A DNA stretch of 64,000 bases from an uncultured Bacilli bacterium (GTDB lineage: Bacteria; Bacillota_I; Bacilli_A; RF39; UBA660), in contig CAKOQD010000003.1 in the NCBI GenBank assembly GCA_934101185.1, positions 855 through 64,854 of the forward strand, written 5' to 3'. The notes beneath the pieces are model-generated. The model was not told where the DNA came from, made no database searches, and was given only the letters and a program-made list of their open reading frames with translations. Made by a program: the position numbers and the translations under genes. Each line of letters starts with the position of its first letter. Position 1 is the stretch's first letter. This document shows positions 1-8,610 of this stretch, piece after piece.

Positions 1-412
1 CTATTTTTTTTGAATAGTTCATTATTCTTTTATGGTATTGATATTCTCCTCTATCTAAAACTTTAAATGAACCATCTGGAAATACTCTTAGATCTAAATC
101 ATAATCTATATATTTTATAGTATTGTTTTCAATGATATATGGTGATGCAATATTGCAATAATAATAAATCCCCGTTGGTTTTATTTGACCTATTATATTA
201 AACCAATTATCTTTTGAAAAGTACATAATTGCTGGTTCTTTTGTTCTCCATGTTCTCCCATCTGATTCTGTCACTAATGTTTTATAGTTTCCGAATATAG
301 TATAATCTTTTGTTTGGTCTATGTATATTGCTTGATCCCAACTTCTATGAATTTTATGATCGTGTTTATAACTATGTATATTCAATCTATCTCCAACCTT
401 AAATTCCATCAT
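1..412 (-). CDS. Nucleoside tri/diphosphatase, DUF402 (YgaC/Ntdp) family; 3' end runs off the window
   Basis: Hand translation of the minus strand from ATG 412/409 (GGGAGTG SD at 415-421) gives MMEFKVGDRLNIHSYKHDHKIHRSWDQAIYID...TLVTESDGRTWRTKEPAIMYFSKDNWFNIIGQIKPTGIYYYCNIASPY...IKYIDYDLDLRVFPDGSFKVLD. This is colinear with Bacillus YgaC / Staphylococcus Ntdp as I remember them. It is absent from the ORF track because the frame is still open at position 1. Confidence 0.8.
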   Translation of the reverse strand, partial: MMEFKVGDRLNIHSYKHDHKIHRSWDQAIYIDQTKDYTIFGNYKTLVTESDGRTWRTKEPAIMYFSKDNWFNIIGQIKPTGIYYYCNIASPYIIENNTIKYIDYDLDLRVFPDGSFKVLDRGEYQYHKRIMNYSKKI

Positions 413-535
413 ATCACTCCCTATTGGTTTTATTATATATCATTTTTATGAATAAAACAAATTAATTTACATTGTATATTATTGTTTAAGATATTTAGTA
501 TTATTTTTATAAATAAAGAAAAAACAAACAGTTTC

Positions 536-1783
536 CTATTTGTTTAATGTTTCTATTGCTTTTTGAAGTTGATTGTCATCTTCATCTTTTTGTGTTTCAT
601 AATACTTATCATTCAGTTTTTCTTCTATAGTTGGTTTTATACCAGTTTTGTCAATACTATTTCCTTTTGATGTCAACCATGTTTCTGCAGTATATTTTAC
701 CATAGAGCCGTTTGATAAGTTCAATACCTTTTGAACAGTTCCTTTTCCATATGTTTTTGTACCTATTAGAGTTGCACCATATTCTTCATTTAGTGCCGCT
801 GCTAGTACTTCTGAGCCTGAAGCGCTTCCTCCGTTTATTAAAACAGCAATTTCATATTTTCTGTTGTTGTTTTCTGTAGAGTATATCTTTTCTACTTTTT
901 CTTTTGTTTTAATTTGACAAATTACTTGATCTTTGTTTAAGAATAGATTTGCTATGTTTTTAACTGATTCTAAATGACCACCAGTATTGCTTCTTACATC
1001 TATTATTAAGCTATTAATATTTTGTTTTTCTAGTTTTTCTAGTTGTTCTTTGAATTGTTCATCTGTATTTAATGCAAATATAGATATGTACATATATCCT
1101 ATTTTTTTATTATTTTTTTCTATTACTTTTGATGTTACTGATGGAATGGAGATAGTTCCTGTTGATAGTGTTAGAGTTTTTTCTTCTTTTTCTCTTTTTA
1201 TTGTTACTGTGAATGGTTTTTTATAACTTTTTATTTTGTTTGTTACTTCTTTTAGTGTTTTATTTTCTGTTGACATATTGTCTACTTTTGTTATTAAGTC
1301 ATTTTCTTTTATTCCTGCTTTTGATGCTGGTGAATTTTCAAAAACACTTGCTACTACTATGTTTTTGTCTTTATCTTGTGTTACTTCTAATCCTATTCCT
1401 GTAAATGTTCCATTTAATCTTTGATTAAAGTCTTCTGATTCTTCTTCATCAAAGTATACAGAGTATTGATCACCAAGGAAATTCATCATTCCCTGAATGG
1501 CTGCTTCACTTAGTTTGTTTTTATCTACTTTACCATAGTACTCGTTTAATATTGTGTTGTATACTTTTTCTATTTCAGTTGCATTTGCTTTGCTAACTTT
1601 ACATTCAGCACATTTATTACTAAATATTACTTCTCCTACTAATAAGCCTAGTATTAAAGACATAATTATTACAATTATTAACTCGGCAGAATTAAATCTA
1701 ACTTTATCTAATTGAAGTTTTTTTTCTATTATTTTAAGTGCACTTTTTGTTTTTTTATTTATTTTGTCTTTTATATTTTTCAT
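536..1783 (-). CDS. Carboxy-terminal processing protease, peptidase S41 (CtpA/CtpB-like), membrane anchored, with PDZ domain
   Basis: 415-aa ORF with an N-terminal TM helix (IIVIIMSLILGLLVGEVIF). PDZ-like segment GIGLEV...VFENSPASKAGIKENDLI. S41 catalytic contexts NGGSASGSEVLAAAL (Ser) and TYGKGTVQ (Lys). Confidence 0.85.
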   Translation of the reverse strand: MKNIKDKINKKTKSALKIIEKKLQLDKVRFNSAELIIVIIMSLILGLLVGEVIFSNKCAECKVSKANATEIEKVYNTILNEYYGKVDKNKLSEAAIQGMMNFLGDQYSVYFDEEESEDFNQRLNGTFTGIGLEVTQDKDKNIVVASVFENSPASKAGIKENDLITKVDNMSTENKTLKEVTNKIKSYKKPFTVTIKREKEEKTLTLSTGTISIPSVTSKVIEKNNKKIGYMYISIFALNTDEQFKEQLEKLEKQNINSLIIDVRSNTGGHLESVKNIANLFLNKDQVICQIKTKEKVEKIYSTENNNRKYEIAVLINGGSASGSEVLAAALNEEYGATLIGTKTYGKGTVQKVLNLSNGSMVKYTAETWLTSKGNSIDKTGIKPTIEEKLNDKYYETQKDEDDNQLQKAIETLNK

Positions 1784-1892
1784 ATCTTATCACCAATTAT
1801 AATAATATCACATATTTTAATAGTTATAAACTGATTTTTTGTTTTTTTATGGTGTTTTATGTAAAAAAGAAGCTTAATGCCTCTTAATTATT

Positions 1893-3041
1893 TTATTTTT
1901 CATTCATTGTTGCTACTACATTTAATGATTTGGCAACTTGTAGTAATTCTTGTTTATTCATTGTATCTGATGCTATGTAGTACTCTATTCCGTTGCTTGT
2001 CCATGTATATGAAACATCTGTTAATGATCCTACGGTGTCTATTAGTAAGAATGGTTCTCCGTAAGTTGGCACTATTGTTAATTCGTCTGATGCTTTAACT
2101 GTTTCTTGTACTAATATGAATGGATTGTCTCCGGAGAATGTCATTATCATTCTTTGACCATTTTCTGTTTGAATTGTTTCTTTATTTGATAGGGATGTGT
2201 TAGTAGGTAAATAGAATGGGAATAATGAATCTTCTAGTGATGAAGTTGGTTCTTCTTTAGTTGTTGTTTCTTGCCCTTGTTGTTTTTCATCTGTTTGTTC
2301 TTGATTATTTTGCTCTGTTTTTTCTTTTTTATCTTGTTTTGTATTATTGCTATCTTGGTTTTTATTTTCATTTTGTTTTTGACTATTATCTTTTGTATTT
2401 TCAGTATCTACTTGATATTCTTTTGCAACTTTTTCAAGTTTGAAGTATTCATCGTCAAATGTTGGTTTTTTATCAATATTAGATACTGTAAATTCTATGT
2501 ATGGAACACTTTTTTCATCTAGTACTTTTACTTGTTTTAAAGTACTATTTTTATCTAATATTATTTGTTGTTTTTTATATGTTGGATTATTTGGATAGTT
2601 TACTTTAGTTGTAAAAACAAAGTTGTTGTCTTGTTGCTCAAATGTTGCTTCTTTATCATTTTTTAAGTCATTTACTAGTGATCCTAATAAATAGACTTGA
2701 GAGTTGTTATTCGGCCATGTTGATTGAAATTTGAAGCTCTTATTGATTGATGGTGATATTACATATACTCCATCGCTATTTTTTAAAATTATTTGTTTAT
2801 AATCGTTTGCTTTGTTTGTTAATACAACTTTGTAGTTTTCATCTTTTTTGTAACTTACTTCAACATCATATTTGTATGTATCATCATTGTTGGTTAAGGA
2901 CATTTCTCCTTCCATATAATAGCTTTTTAAATTGTCTGAATCTTTTATGAAGTTTTCTTTTATTTTATCTTCATTTAAAGTTCCACATCCTGTCAATAAT
3001 AGTGTCATTACTAAAGCAATGCTTAAAAACTTTTTTTTCAT
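1893..3041 (-). CDS. Lipoprotein with LolA-like N-terminal half and DUF4367-like C-terminal half (Bacillus YdcC type), split by a low-complexity linker
   Basis: 382-aa ORF with signal peptide and lipobox LLTGC (Cys19). The beta-rich N-half resembles LolA-fold sporulation lipoproteins. The C-half reads TFSGDNPFILVQE...YTWTSNGIEYYI. The central linker is QKQNENKNQDSNNTKQDKKEKTEQNNQEQTDEKQQGQETTTKEE. Confidence 0.6.
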   Translation of the reverse strand: MKKKFLSIALVMTLLLTGCGTLNEDKIKENFIKDSDNLKSYYMEGEMSLTNNDDTYKYDVEVSYKKDENYKVVLTNKANDYKQIILKNSDGVYVISPSINKSFKFQSTWPNNNSQVYLLGSLVNDLKNDKEATFEQQDNNFVFTTKVNYPNNPTYKKQQIILDKNSTLKQVKVLDEKSVPYIEFTVSNIDKKPTFDDEYFKLEKVAKEYQVDTENTKDNSQKQNENKNQDSNNTKQDKKEKTEQNNQEQTDEKQQGQETTTKEEPTSSLEDSLFPFYLPTNTSLSNKETIQTENGQRMIMTFSGDNPFILVQETVKASDELTIVPTYGEPFLLIDTVGSLTDVSYTWTSNGIEYYIASDTMNKQELLQVAKSLNVVATMNEK

Positions 3042-3156
3042 ATTTCACTCCTTCTTTTCTTTCATTTAATTATATTTATATATTTTTTTATTATTCGTGA
3101 ATATTTTTATTTTTTTGGCACATAATATTTAACGAAATAGGAAAAGGAGGAATTAT

Positions 3157-3348
3157 ATGAGTACTTTACAAAAGGTAGCTTTAGTATTCACCATAATTGG
3201 TGCAATCGTATGGCTTCTTGTTGGTTTATTTGATTTTAATTTAGTTACTTCTTTATTCGGAGAAGCTAATATTATATCTAGAATTATTTATATAATTGTA
3301 GGTATATGTGGATTAATAAATATTGGACTATTTTTTGAAGAAGATTAA
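3157..3348 (+). CDS. Small two-TM membrane protein, DUF378 family
   Basis: 63-aa ORF and the only convincing plus-strand gene. SD AAGGAGG (3144-3150) lies 6 nt before the ATG. VALVFTIIGAIVWLLVGLFDFNLV...IIYIIVGICGLINI fits the DUF378 pattern as I recall it. Confidence 0.75.
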   Translation: MSTLQKVALVFTIIGAIVWLLVGLFDFNLVTSLFGEANIISRIIYIIVGICGLINIGLFFEED

Positions 3349-3379
3349 AAAAACTCAAGATTTTGTTTCTTGAGTTTTT
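3349..3379. terminator. Bidirectional rho-independent terminator between the convergent DUF378 gene and frr
   Basis: Perfect inverted repeat AAAAACTCAAGA (3349-3360) / TCTTGAGTTTTT (3368-3379) with a 7-nt loop. It is flanked by an A-run and a T-run, so it can terminate in both directions. Confidence 0.8.
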
Positions 3380-3923
3380 ATATTTCCATTAATTCTTTTT
3401 CTTTTTCTTTAGTTAGTTCTTCTATTTTCTTGTTATAGTCATTTACTACTTCTTGAATAATATCTATTATGTTTTTTTCTTTGTCTTCTGGAAGTTCGTC
3501 GTTTTTAACCATTTCTATTACATCTCTACGAATGTTTCTTATAGCTATTCTTCCTTCCTCAGCGTATTCTTTTACTACTTTAACTAATTCTTTTCTTCTT
3601 TCTTCAGTTAGTTGTGGAATAGTTATAAATACTGTTTCTCCATTATTGTTCGGAGTAACACCAAGGTTTGCTTCAAATATTGCTTTTTCTATTGCTCCAA
3701 GTAAGTTTTTGTCAAATGGTTTAACACTTAATTGTCTTGCTTCTGGAACGAATATTGTAGCAACTTGTTTTACTGGTGTTGGTGTTCCATAGTATGATAC
3801 CATTACATCGTCTAACATGCTTGGATTAGCGCGTCCTGCTCTTACAGTAGTAAATCTTTCTTCAAGATTTTTAATTGCTTTGTTCATTTTTTCAATTGCA
3901 ATTTGTTTATAGTCGTTATTCAT
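3378..3923 (-). CDS. frr: Ribosome recycling factor
   Basis: 181 aa. ...[28 protein letters not shown]...[14 protein letters not shown]...[11 protein letters not shown]...RNIRRD is canonical RRF. Confidence 0.95.
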   Translation of the reverse strand: [181 protein letters not shown]

Positions 3924-3944
3924 AGTTATCTCTCCTTCATATAA

Positions 3945-3973
3945 ATTATATCAAATAAGGATTAAAATGTGAA
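3945..3973 (-). promoter_or_regulatory. Sigma-A-type promoter for frr
   Basis: Minus strand TTCACA (3973-3968), a 17-nt spacer, then TATAAT (3950-3945). It lies about 20 nt upstream of the frr SD and directly follows the upstream terminator. Confidence 0.55.
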
Positions 3974-4002
3974 TAAAAACTGATACTTTTTATGGTATCA
4001 GT
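3972..4002 (-). terminator. Rho-independent terminator after the rpsB-tsf-lipoprotein unit
   Basis: Minus-strand hairpin ACTGATAC-(8 nt)-GTATCAGT followed by TTTTTATT, immediately after the stop at 4007. Confidence 0.75.
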
Positions 4003-4006
4003 TCTA

Positions 4007-4639
4007 TTATTTTGATATTTTTTCAAAACCTTCGATTAGTAACTTTTGATATTGATCTGTTAGTTTTATATTATTACTTGATGAGTCGAATTCAAAATCG
4101 TCGTAATATCCATATATTTTTTTATCTAATATGAATATTACTGCTGGTGTTGAAAAGACTTTTTCTTCAGTTTTATAAACTTGTTCTTCTTGTTCTACAT
4201 TTAGTGTAGTTATGTAATCATTTAGTTTTTCTAACATTTCATTGTATAATTTAGTTCCATCAGAGGTTTTGACTAGTTTTTCATCTTTTATTTCATATTT
4301 TGGATTATTATCTTTATAATTATAATAATATATGTCATTTTTATAATCTTTTTCTATATTGTTTAAAGAATCTACAAGGTATCTTGATTTATTATCTTGT
4401 GGTTCTCCGATAAAGATTATGTTATTTGATGAAAAAACGTTATTTATATTATTCATGTCTAAGTATTTAAAGTTGTTATCTTTTTCTATATTTAGTTGGT
4501 AATTTGTACTATTATAGTTTTCATATTCGACTTTAAAATTTAGACCATCAATAACTTGTTCTTCTTTTTCTATTTGTGGTTTTATATCGCATCCACATAT
4601 TAGAAAAATTGATATTATTAGTATTATGTACTTCTTCAT
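4007..4639 (-). CDS. Lipoprotein with a thioredoxin-fold-like core that lacks the CXXC motif (function unknown)
   Basis: 210 aa with signal peptide plus ICGC lipobox (Cys17). IIFIGEPQDNKSRYLV sits where thioredoxin-like proteins have ...G.P.C..C..., and STPAVIFILDKKIYGYY resembles the cis-Pro/beta strand segment. This is an inference from pattern only. Confidence 0.45.
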   Translation of the reverse strand: MKKYIILIISIFLICGCDIKPQIEKEEQVIDGLNFKVEYENYNSTNYQLNIEKDNNFKYLDMNNINNVFSSNNIIFIGEPQDNKSRYLVDSLNNIEKDYKNDIYYYNYKDNNPKYEIKDEKLVKTSDGTKLYNEMLEKLNDYITTLNVEQEEQVYKTEEKVFSTPAVIFILDKKIYGYYDDFEFDSSSNNIKLTDQYQKLLIEGFEKISK

Positions 4640-4643
4640 GTTG

Positions 4644-5519
4644 TTATCCGTTTATTTGATTTTTTACTTCCTCTGCAAAGTTTTCAACTTTCTTTTCCAT
4701 ACCTTCGCCTACTTCATATCTTACAAGTTTTAGAATTGTTCCTCCATTTTGAGAAACATATTTTTCAACTGTTTCTTTGTTTTCAGCTTTGATAAATATT
4801 TGATCTGTTAAACATACTTCTTCATAGAATTTTTTTACTTTTCCAACCATGATTTGTTCAATTCTATCTTCTGGTTTTCCTTCGTTTAGCAATTGTTCTC
4901 TCATGATTGTTTTTTCTTTTTCTAGTACTTCAGTTGGTACTTCTTGTTCATTTAAGTATAATGGTCTCATTGCAGCAGCATGCATTGCTACTTCTTTTGC
5001 AACTTCTTCATTTGCTCCTTCAAGTAGAGTTAATGCAACGATTCTACCACCCATATGTGTATATGAGCCAAATACTTGTGAGTCTGTTTTTTCTAGTTTT
5101 TCAAATCTTCTGAAACTAATTTTTTCTCCGATTGTTGAAGTGATAGCTATTATTTTGTCACTAATCTTTTCACCATTTACTTCAAGATTTAGTGCTTCTT
5201 CCATAGTTGTAACATCGCTTTCTAATAAATCTTTAGATAGTTCGTTTACAAAGCTTTGGAATTTTTCGTTTTTGGCAACAAAGTCTGTTTCTGAGTTTAC
5301 TTCGATTACAATAGCTTTATTTCCTTCGATTAAAACGTTAGCTAATCCTTCTGCTGCTATTCTTTCTGCTTTTTTAGCAGCTTTTGATATACCTTTTTCT
5401 CTTAACCATGTGATTGCTTCTTCCATGTCTCCATTTTTTTCTTGAAGTGCTTTTTTGCAATCCATCATTCCTGCCCCTGTTTTTTCTCTTAATTCTTTTA
5501 CATCTTGAGCGCTAAACAT
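4644..5519 (-). CDS. tsf: Elongation factor Ts
   Basis: 291 aa. N-terminal UBA-like VKELREKTGAGMMDCKKAL...AITWLREKG and dimerisation-domain motifs. Positioned after rpsB as usual. Confidence 0.95.
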   Translation of the reverse strand: MFSAQDVKELREKTGAGMMDCKKALQEKNGDMEEAITWLREKGISKAAKKAERIAAEGLANVLIEGNKAIVIEVNSETDFVAKNEKFQSFVNELSKDLLESDVTTMEEALNLEVNGEKISDKIIAITSTIGEKISFRRFEKLEKTDSQVFGSYTHMGGRIVALTLLEGANEEVAKEVAMHAAAMRPLYLNEQEVPTEVLEKEKTIMREQLLNEGKPEDRIEQIMVGKVKKFYEEVCLTDQIFIKAENKETVEKYVSQNGGTILKLVRYEVGEGMEKKVENFAEEVKNQING

Positions 5520-5532
5520 AGTATACCTCCTA

Positions 5533-5571
5533 ATTATTTTAATGCTTCCAATAAGTCAGCTTTTTTCATTG
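5533..5571 (-). repeat. 39-nt near-identical DNA block shared by the 3' ends of rpsB and rplT (copy 1)
   Basis: ATTATTTTAATGCTTCCAATAAGTCAGCTTTTTTCATTG versus 6558-6596 ATTATTTTAATGCTTCTAATAATTCAGCTTTTTTCATTG, with 2 mismatches by hand alignment. Weaker similarity continues for about 50 nt more. Confidence 0.85.
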
Positions 5572-6472
5572 TACTATAACCTTTTACTTCTTTTTCTTTA
5601 GCTAATGCTTTTAATTCTGCTAAAGTTAAATCTTCAAGGTTTGTTTCTTCTGCTACTTTTTGTTCTTCTTTTACTTCTACTTCTTGTTTTTCAACTTTTT
5701 CAGTTTTTTCTTCTTTTTTGTTTTCTTTTTTAGATTCTTCTTTTTTAGGTTTGTTAGCTTTATCTTCAGGTGAAACACAGTTTAGCATTTCTCCACCGTT
5801 AACTTCGTTTATAGCGTTTGCTAAAGCACCAATTACTAATTTTACAGCTCTTACTGCATCATCGTTTGCTGGAATTACGTAATCTACCATATCTGGATCA
5901 CAGTTAGTGTCTACTATACCAAACACTGGGATTTTTAATTTTCTAGCTTCTTTTATAGCTGTTTCTTCAACACGTGGATCTACGATAATCATAGCACTAG
6001 GTAATTTTTTCATTTCTCTAATTCCACGTAAGTTTTTATTTAGTTTTTCGTATTCTTTTTTAATTTGTGCAACTTCTTTTTTAGGTAATAGTTCTAATGT
6101 ACCATCTTTTTCCATTGCTTCAATTTCATCTAATCTTCTTACTCTGTTTTTGATAGTTCTGAAGTTAGTTAATGTTCCTCCTAACCATCTTTCGTTTATA
6201 AAGTAATTGTTTGTTCTGATAGCATTTTCTTCCATTGCTTCTTGTGCTTGTTTTTTAGTTCCTACGAATAAGAAAGTTCCTCCGTTTTCTGCTATCTTTT
6301 TAATTTCTTCGTATGCTTCTTCGATGCATTTTGCTGTTTTTTGTAAATCGATAATATAAATATCATCTCTTGATGTATAAATATATTCTCTCATTTTTGG
6401 ATTCCATCTTCTTTTTTGATGTCCAAAATGTACTCCTGCTTCTAATAAATAATTCATTGACACTACTGTCAT
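5534..6472 (-). CDS. rpsB: 30S ribosomal protein S2 with about 75-aa C-terminal extension (K/E linker plus HeH/Rho-N-like module)
   Basis: 312 aa. The N-terminus [27 protein letters not shown] is canonical S2. The canonical body ends near residue 235. It is followed by [32 protein letters not shown] and then [31 protein letters not shown]. Confidence 0.95.
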   Translation of the reverse strand: MTVVSMNYLLEAGVHFGHQKRRWNPKMREYIYTSRDDIYIIDLQKTAKCIEEAYEEIKKIAENGGTFLFVGTKKQAQEAMEENAIRTNNYFINERWLGGTLTNFRTIKNRVRRLDEIEAMEKDGTLELLPKKEVAQIKKEYEKLNKNLRGIREMKKLPSAMIIVDPRVEETAIKEARKLKIPVFGIVDTNCDPDMVDYVIPANDDAVRAVKLVIGALANAINEVNGGEMLNCVSPEDKANKPKKEESKKENKKEEKTEKVEKQEVEVKEEQKVAEETNLEDLTLAELKALAKEKEVKGYSTMKKADLLEALK

Positions 6473-6557
6473 AATATTCCTCCTTCGTTTTATCTTCTAC
6501 TAAGTTCAAAATAATATCACCATTTGGCACTAGATATTAAAATCCATTAGTATGTTT

Positions 6558-6596
6558 ATTATTTTAATGCTTCTAATAATTCAGCTTTTTTCATTG
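6558..6596 (-). repeat. 39-nt near-identical DNA block shared by the 3' ends of rpsB and rplT (copy 2)
   Basis: See copy 1 (5533-5571). Both copies include the stop codon and encode ...SxMKKA(D/E)LLEALK*. Confidence 0.85.
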
Positions 6597-7077
6597 AAGT
6601 GTATCCTTCAATTCCTTTTTCTTTTGCAAGTTCTTTTAATTCTGCTACTGTCATTTTAGAAATGTCATTTGTTTTTTCTTCTTTTGTTTCTTTTTTAGTT
6701 TCTTTAACAACTGTTTTATTTTCTACTTTACCACTTTTAGCAATTTTTACTAAGTTAGCAAATGCTTCTTTATCATTTATTGCTAATTCTGATAACATTT
6801 TTCTATTGATTTCTACTCCTGCTTTGTTTAATCCATCAATAAATCTTGAATAACTAATATCGTTATTTCTACATTCTGCATTGATTCTTGTAATCCATAA
6901 TTTTCTGAAGTTTCTTTTTGTTTGTTTACGATCACGATATGCATATCTTTCTGAATGCATTACTTGTTCATGAGCTGTTTTATATAATCTATGTTTACTT
7001 CCGAAATAACCTTCGGCTTTTTTTAGAACTTTTTTACGTCTTGCACGTGTTGCAACACTATTTTTAACTCTTGTCAT
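6559..7077 (-). CDS. rplT: 50S ribosomal protein L20 with about 55-aa C-terminal extension (K/E linker plus HeH/Rho-N-like module)
   Basis: 172 aa versus about 118 for typical L20. [35 protein letters not shown]...[20 protein letters not shown] is canonical. The tail is [21 protein letters not shown] followed by [31 protein letters not shown]. Confidence 0.95.
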   Translation of the reverse strand: MTRVKNSVATRARRKKVLKKAEGYFGSKHRLYKTAHEQVMHSERYAYRDRKQTKRNFRKLWITRINAECRNNDISYSRFIDGLNKAGVEINRKMLSELAINDKEAFANLVKIAKSGKVENKTVVKETKKETKEEKTNDISKMTVAELKELAKEKGIEGYTSMKKAELLEALK

Positions 7078-7090
7078 TTTTTACTCCTCC

Positions 7091-7282
7091 TTATCTTACT
7101 ACATTTTTAAATCTTTTTAAGTCTGACTTACTTAATTCAGATTTAGCTCCTGCTTTTCTTGATTGAGCTGGGCTTTTCTTTCCTGTTTGGTGGTTATTAC
7201 CAGCGTTTAACTTTGTAATTGAACCACTTTGTCTAATATTTAATACTTTTTTTGTTCCTTTATGAGTTTTAATTTTTCCCAT
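7091..7282 (-). CDS. rpmI: 50S ribosomal protein L35
   Basis: 63-aa basic protein starting MGKIKTHKGTKK, positioned between infC and rplT as in the conserved operon. Confidence 0.9.
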   Translation of the reverse strand: MGKIKTHKGTKKVLNIRQSGSITKLNAGNNHQTGKKSPAQSRKAGAKSELSKSDLKRFKNVVR

Positions 7283-7293
7283 GGTAATCCTCC

Positions 7294-7824
7294 TTATTTT
7301 TCTTTTATTGGTGCAAGTATCATAGTCATGTTTCTTCCATCTAATTTTGCTTTTTGTTCAATTGTTGCTATGGAATTAACTTCGTTTGCAAACCTTGTCA
7401 TTACATCTATACCTCTATCGGTATGAAGCATTTGTCTTCCTTTGAATCTGATGCTTAGTTTTACTTTATGACCTTTTTCTAAATATTTAGAAGCATTTCT
7501 TAGTTTTGTATTGAAATCTCCAATATCGATATCTGGTGATAAGCGATATTCTTTTAATTCTACAATATTTGCTTGTTGCTTTTTCTTTGCTTCTTTTTGT
7601 TTTTTTGATTTTTCATATTTGAACTTATTATAGTCCATTATTTTACATACTGCAGGATTAGCATTTGGACTTATAAGTACTAAGTCTAAACCAGCATAGT
7701 TTGCAATTGTTAAAGCATCTTTTATTGCTTTGACTCCTAATTGTTCCCCATTTGGACCAATTACTAAAACATGACTTTCTTTGATTTGCTCATTTGTTAA
7801 CAAATCATTACTTTTTGTTGCTAT
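7294..7824 (-). CDS. infC: Translation initiation factor IF-3, probable non-AUG (ATA) start
   Basis: NEQIKESHVLVIGPNGEQLGV...ALTIANYAGLDLV...CKIMDYNKFKYE... is canonical IF3. The track ORF starts at ATG 7839, but that ATG sits inside the SD (atGGAGGTGttttgtATAgca). GGAGGTG at 7837-7831 is 6 nt from ATA 7824, matching the known IF3 autoregulatory non-canonical start. Confidence 0.9.
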   Translation of the reverse strand: MATKSNDLLTNEQIKESHVLVIGPNGEQLGVKAIKDALTIANYAGLDLVLISPNANPAVCKIMDYNKFKYEKSKKQKEAKKKQQANIVELKEYRLSPDIDIGDFNTKLRNASKYLEKGHKVKLSIRFKGRQMLHTDRGIDVMTRFANEVNSIATIEQKAKLDGRNMTMILAPIKEK

Positions 7825-7842
7825 ACAAAACACCTCCATAAA

Positions 7843-7969
7843 TTATAAAAAGAGTACGAAATGTACTCTTATCCAACCTAAAAAACACATAATAATTGCG
7901 TAGGCATTGACCTATGATTTTTCATCATCAGGTGGATATAAGACATCTCTTTCCTTTTTAACACTTAAG
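7843..7969 (-). promoter_or_regulatory. infC-rpmI-rplT leader with terminator/attenuator (L20-leader type)
   Basis: About 125-nt untranslated leader between a consensus promoter and infC. It ends in hairpin AAGAGTAC-(5 nt)-GTACTCTT (7870-7850) followed by TTTATAATT, just before the infC SD. In Bacillus, L20 controls this operon by attenuation at such a leader. Confidence 0.6.
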
Positions 7970-7998
7970 ATTATACACAAATTATATGCTTTTGTCAA
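7970..7998 (-). promoter_or_regulatory. Consensus sigma-A promoter of the infC operon
   Basis: Minus strand TTGACA (7998-7993), an exact 17-nt spacer, then TATAAT (7975-7970). Confidence 0.75.
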
Positions 7999-8031
7999 TA
8001 AAAATTGCTATAAAATAAGGCAAATGGAGAT

Positions 8032-8553
8032 TTATTTGTTATGTTTTGTTAGTGTTTTTGGTTTTTCTACTTCTTCTTGTAAATGATTTATTAATAAGGA
8101 TTGAACTTCTTTTAATTCTTCTATTTTTTCTTTTCTTGTTTTTTCTTTTGGTTTTTCTTGTTCTTGATTTAATTTTATTTCTTGTTTTTTGTCTTCTAAA
8201 TCATTTGTTAATTCTTCTAAGTAATCATCTAAATATTTTAGTTCATTTGACATCCTTACACAGTTTACAACTTCATAAGTTATTCCTATTGTTGTTATTA
8301 CAATTGATATAGTTAGCAGTGTGTTACTTATTAATAATGCACTTACTGCTTTATTTTCTAGTTTTATTAATGTTTCTAAAACTGGATATAGTCCTTTTAT
8401 TGAAAAGGCAAAAATTGGTATTAATGCAGTTGCTAGTATTGCTTTTATTTTTGATCGTTTTTTTTCGTGTTGCATTTTTTGCTTGATTTGTTTATATATA
8501 TTTATTTGTTCTTGTTCATATTTTAGTTTGTTATTGTCTATCATTTGTTTCAC
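8032..8553 (-). CDS. Hypothetical membrane protein (2 TM) with charged coiled-coil C-terminus
   Basis: 173-aa ORF. TM segments ILATALIPIFAFSI and VSALLISNTLLTISIVITTIGI. K/E-rich helical tail. No family recognised. Confidence 0.6.
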   Translation of the reverse strand: MKQMIDNNKLKYEQEQINIYKQIKQKMQHEKKRSKIKAILATALIPIFAFSIKGLYPVLETLIKLENKAVSALLISNTLLTISIVITTIGITYEVVNCVRMSNELKYLDDYLEELTNDLEDKKQEIKLNQEQEKPKEKTRKEKIEELKEVQSLLINHLQEEVEKPKTLTKHNK

Positions 8554-8610
8554 CCTCTTTTGTTGCTATAGTATAGACTTTTTTTGTTTGTTTGTCAAGA
8601 AATTGTAGTA

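Noticed and set aside
4849-5445. Long plus-strand ORFs throughout the track. Examples are 4849-5445 (198 aa), 8957-9460, 17432-17959, 21963-22505, 35212-35544, 36965-37312 and 56547-57125.
   Set aside because: All lie antisense to well-conserved minus-strand genes and have no SD. They are dominated by L/F/S/I residues, which come from the reverse complement of AAA/GAA/AAT-rich codons. They are shadow ORFs typical of AT-rich coding DNA.
6473-6558. Structured regulatory leader or terminator between rplT and rpsB.
   Set aside because: I could not find a convincing hairpin, U-tract or consensus promoter by eye, so read-through from the infC operon cannot be excluded. Nothing is reported.
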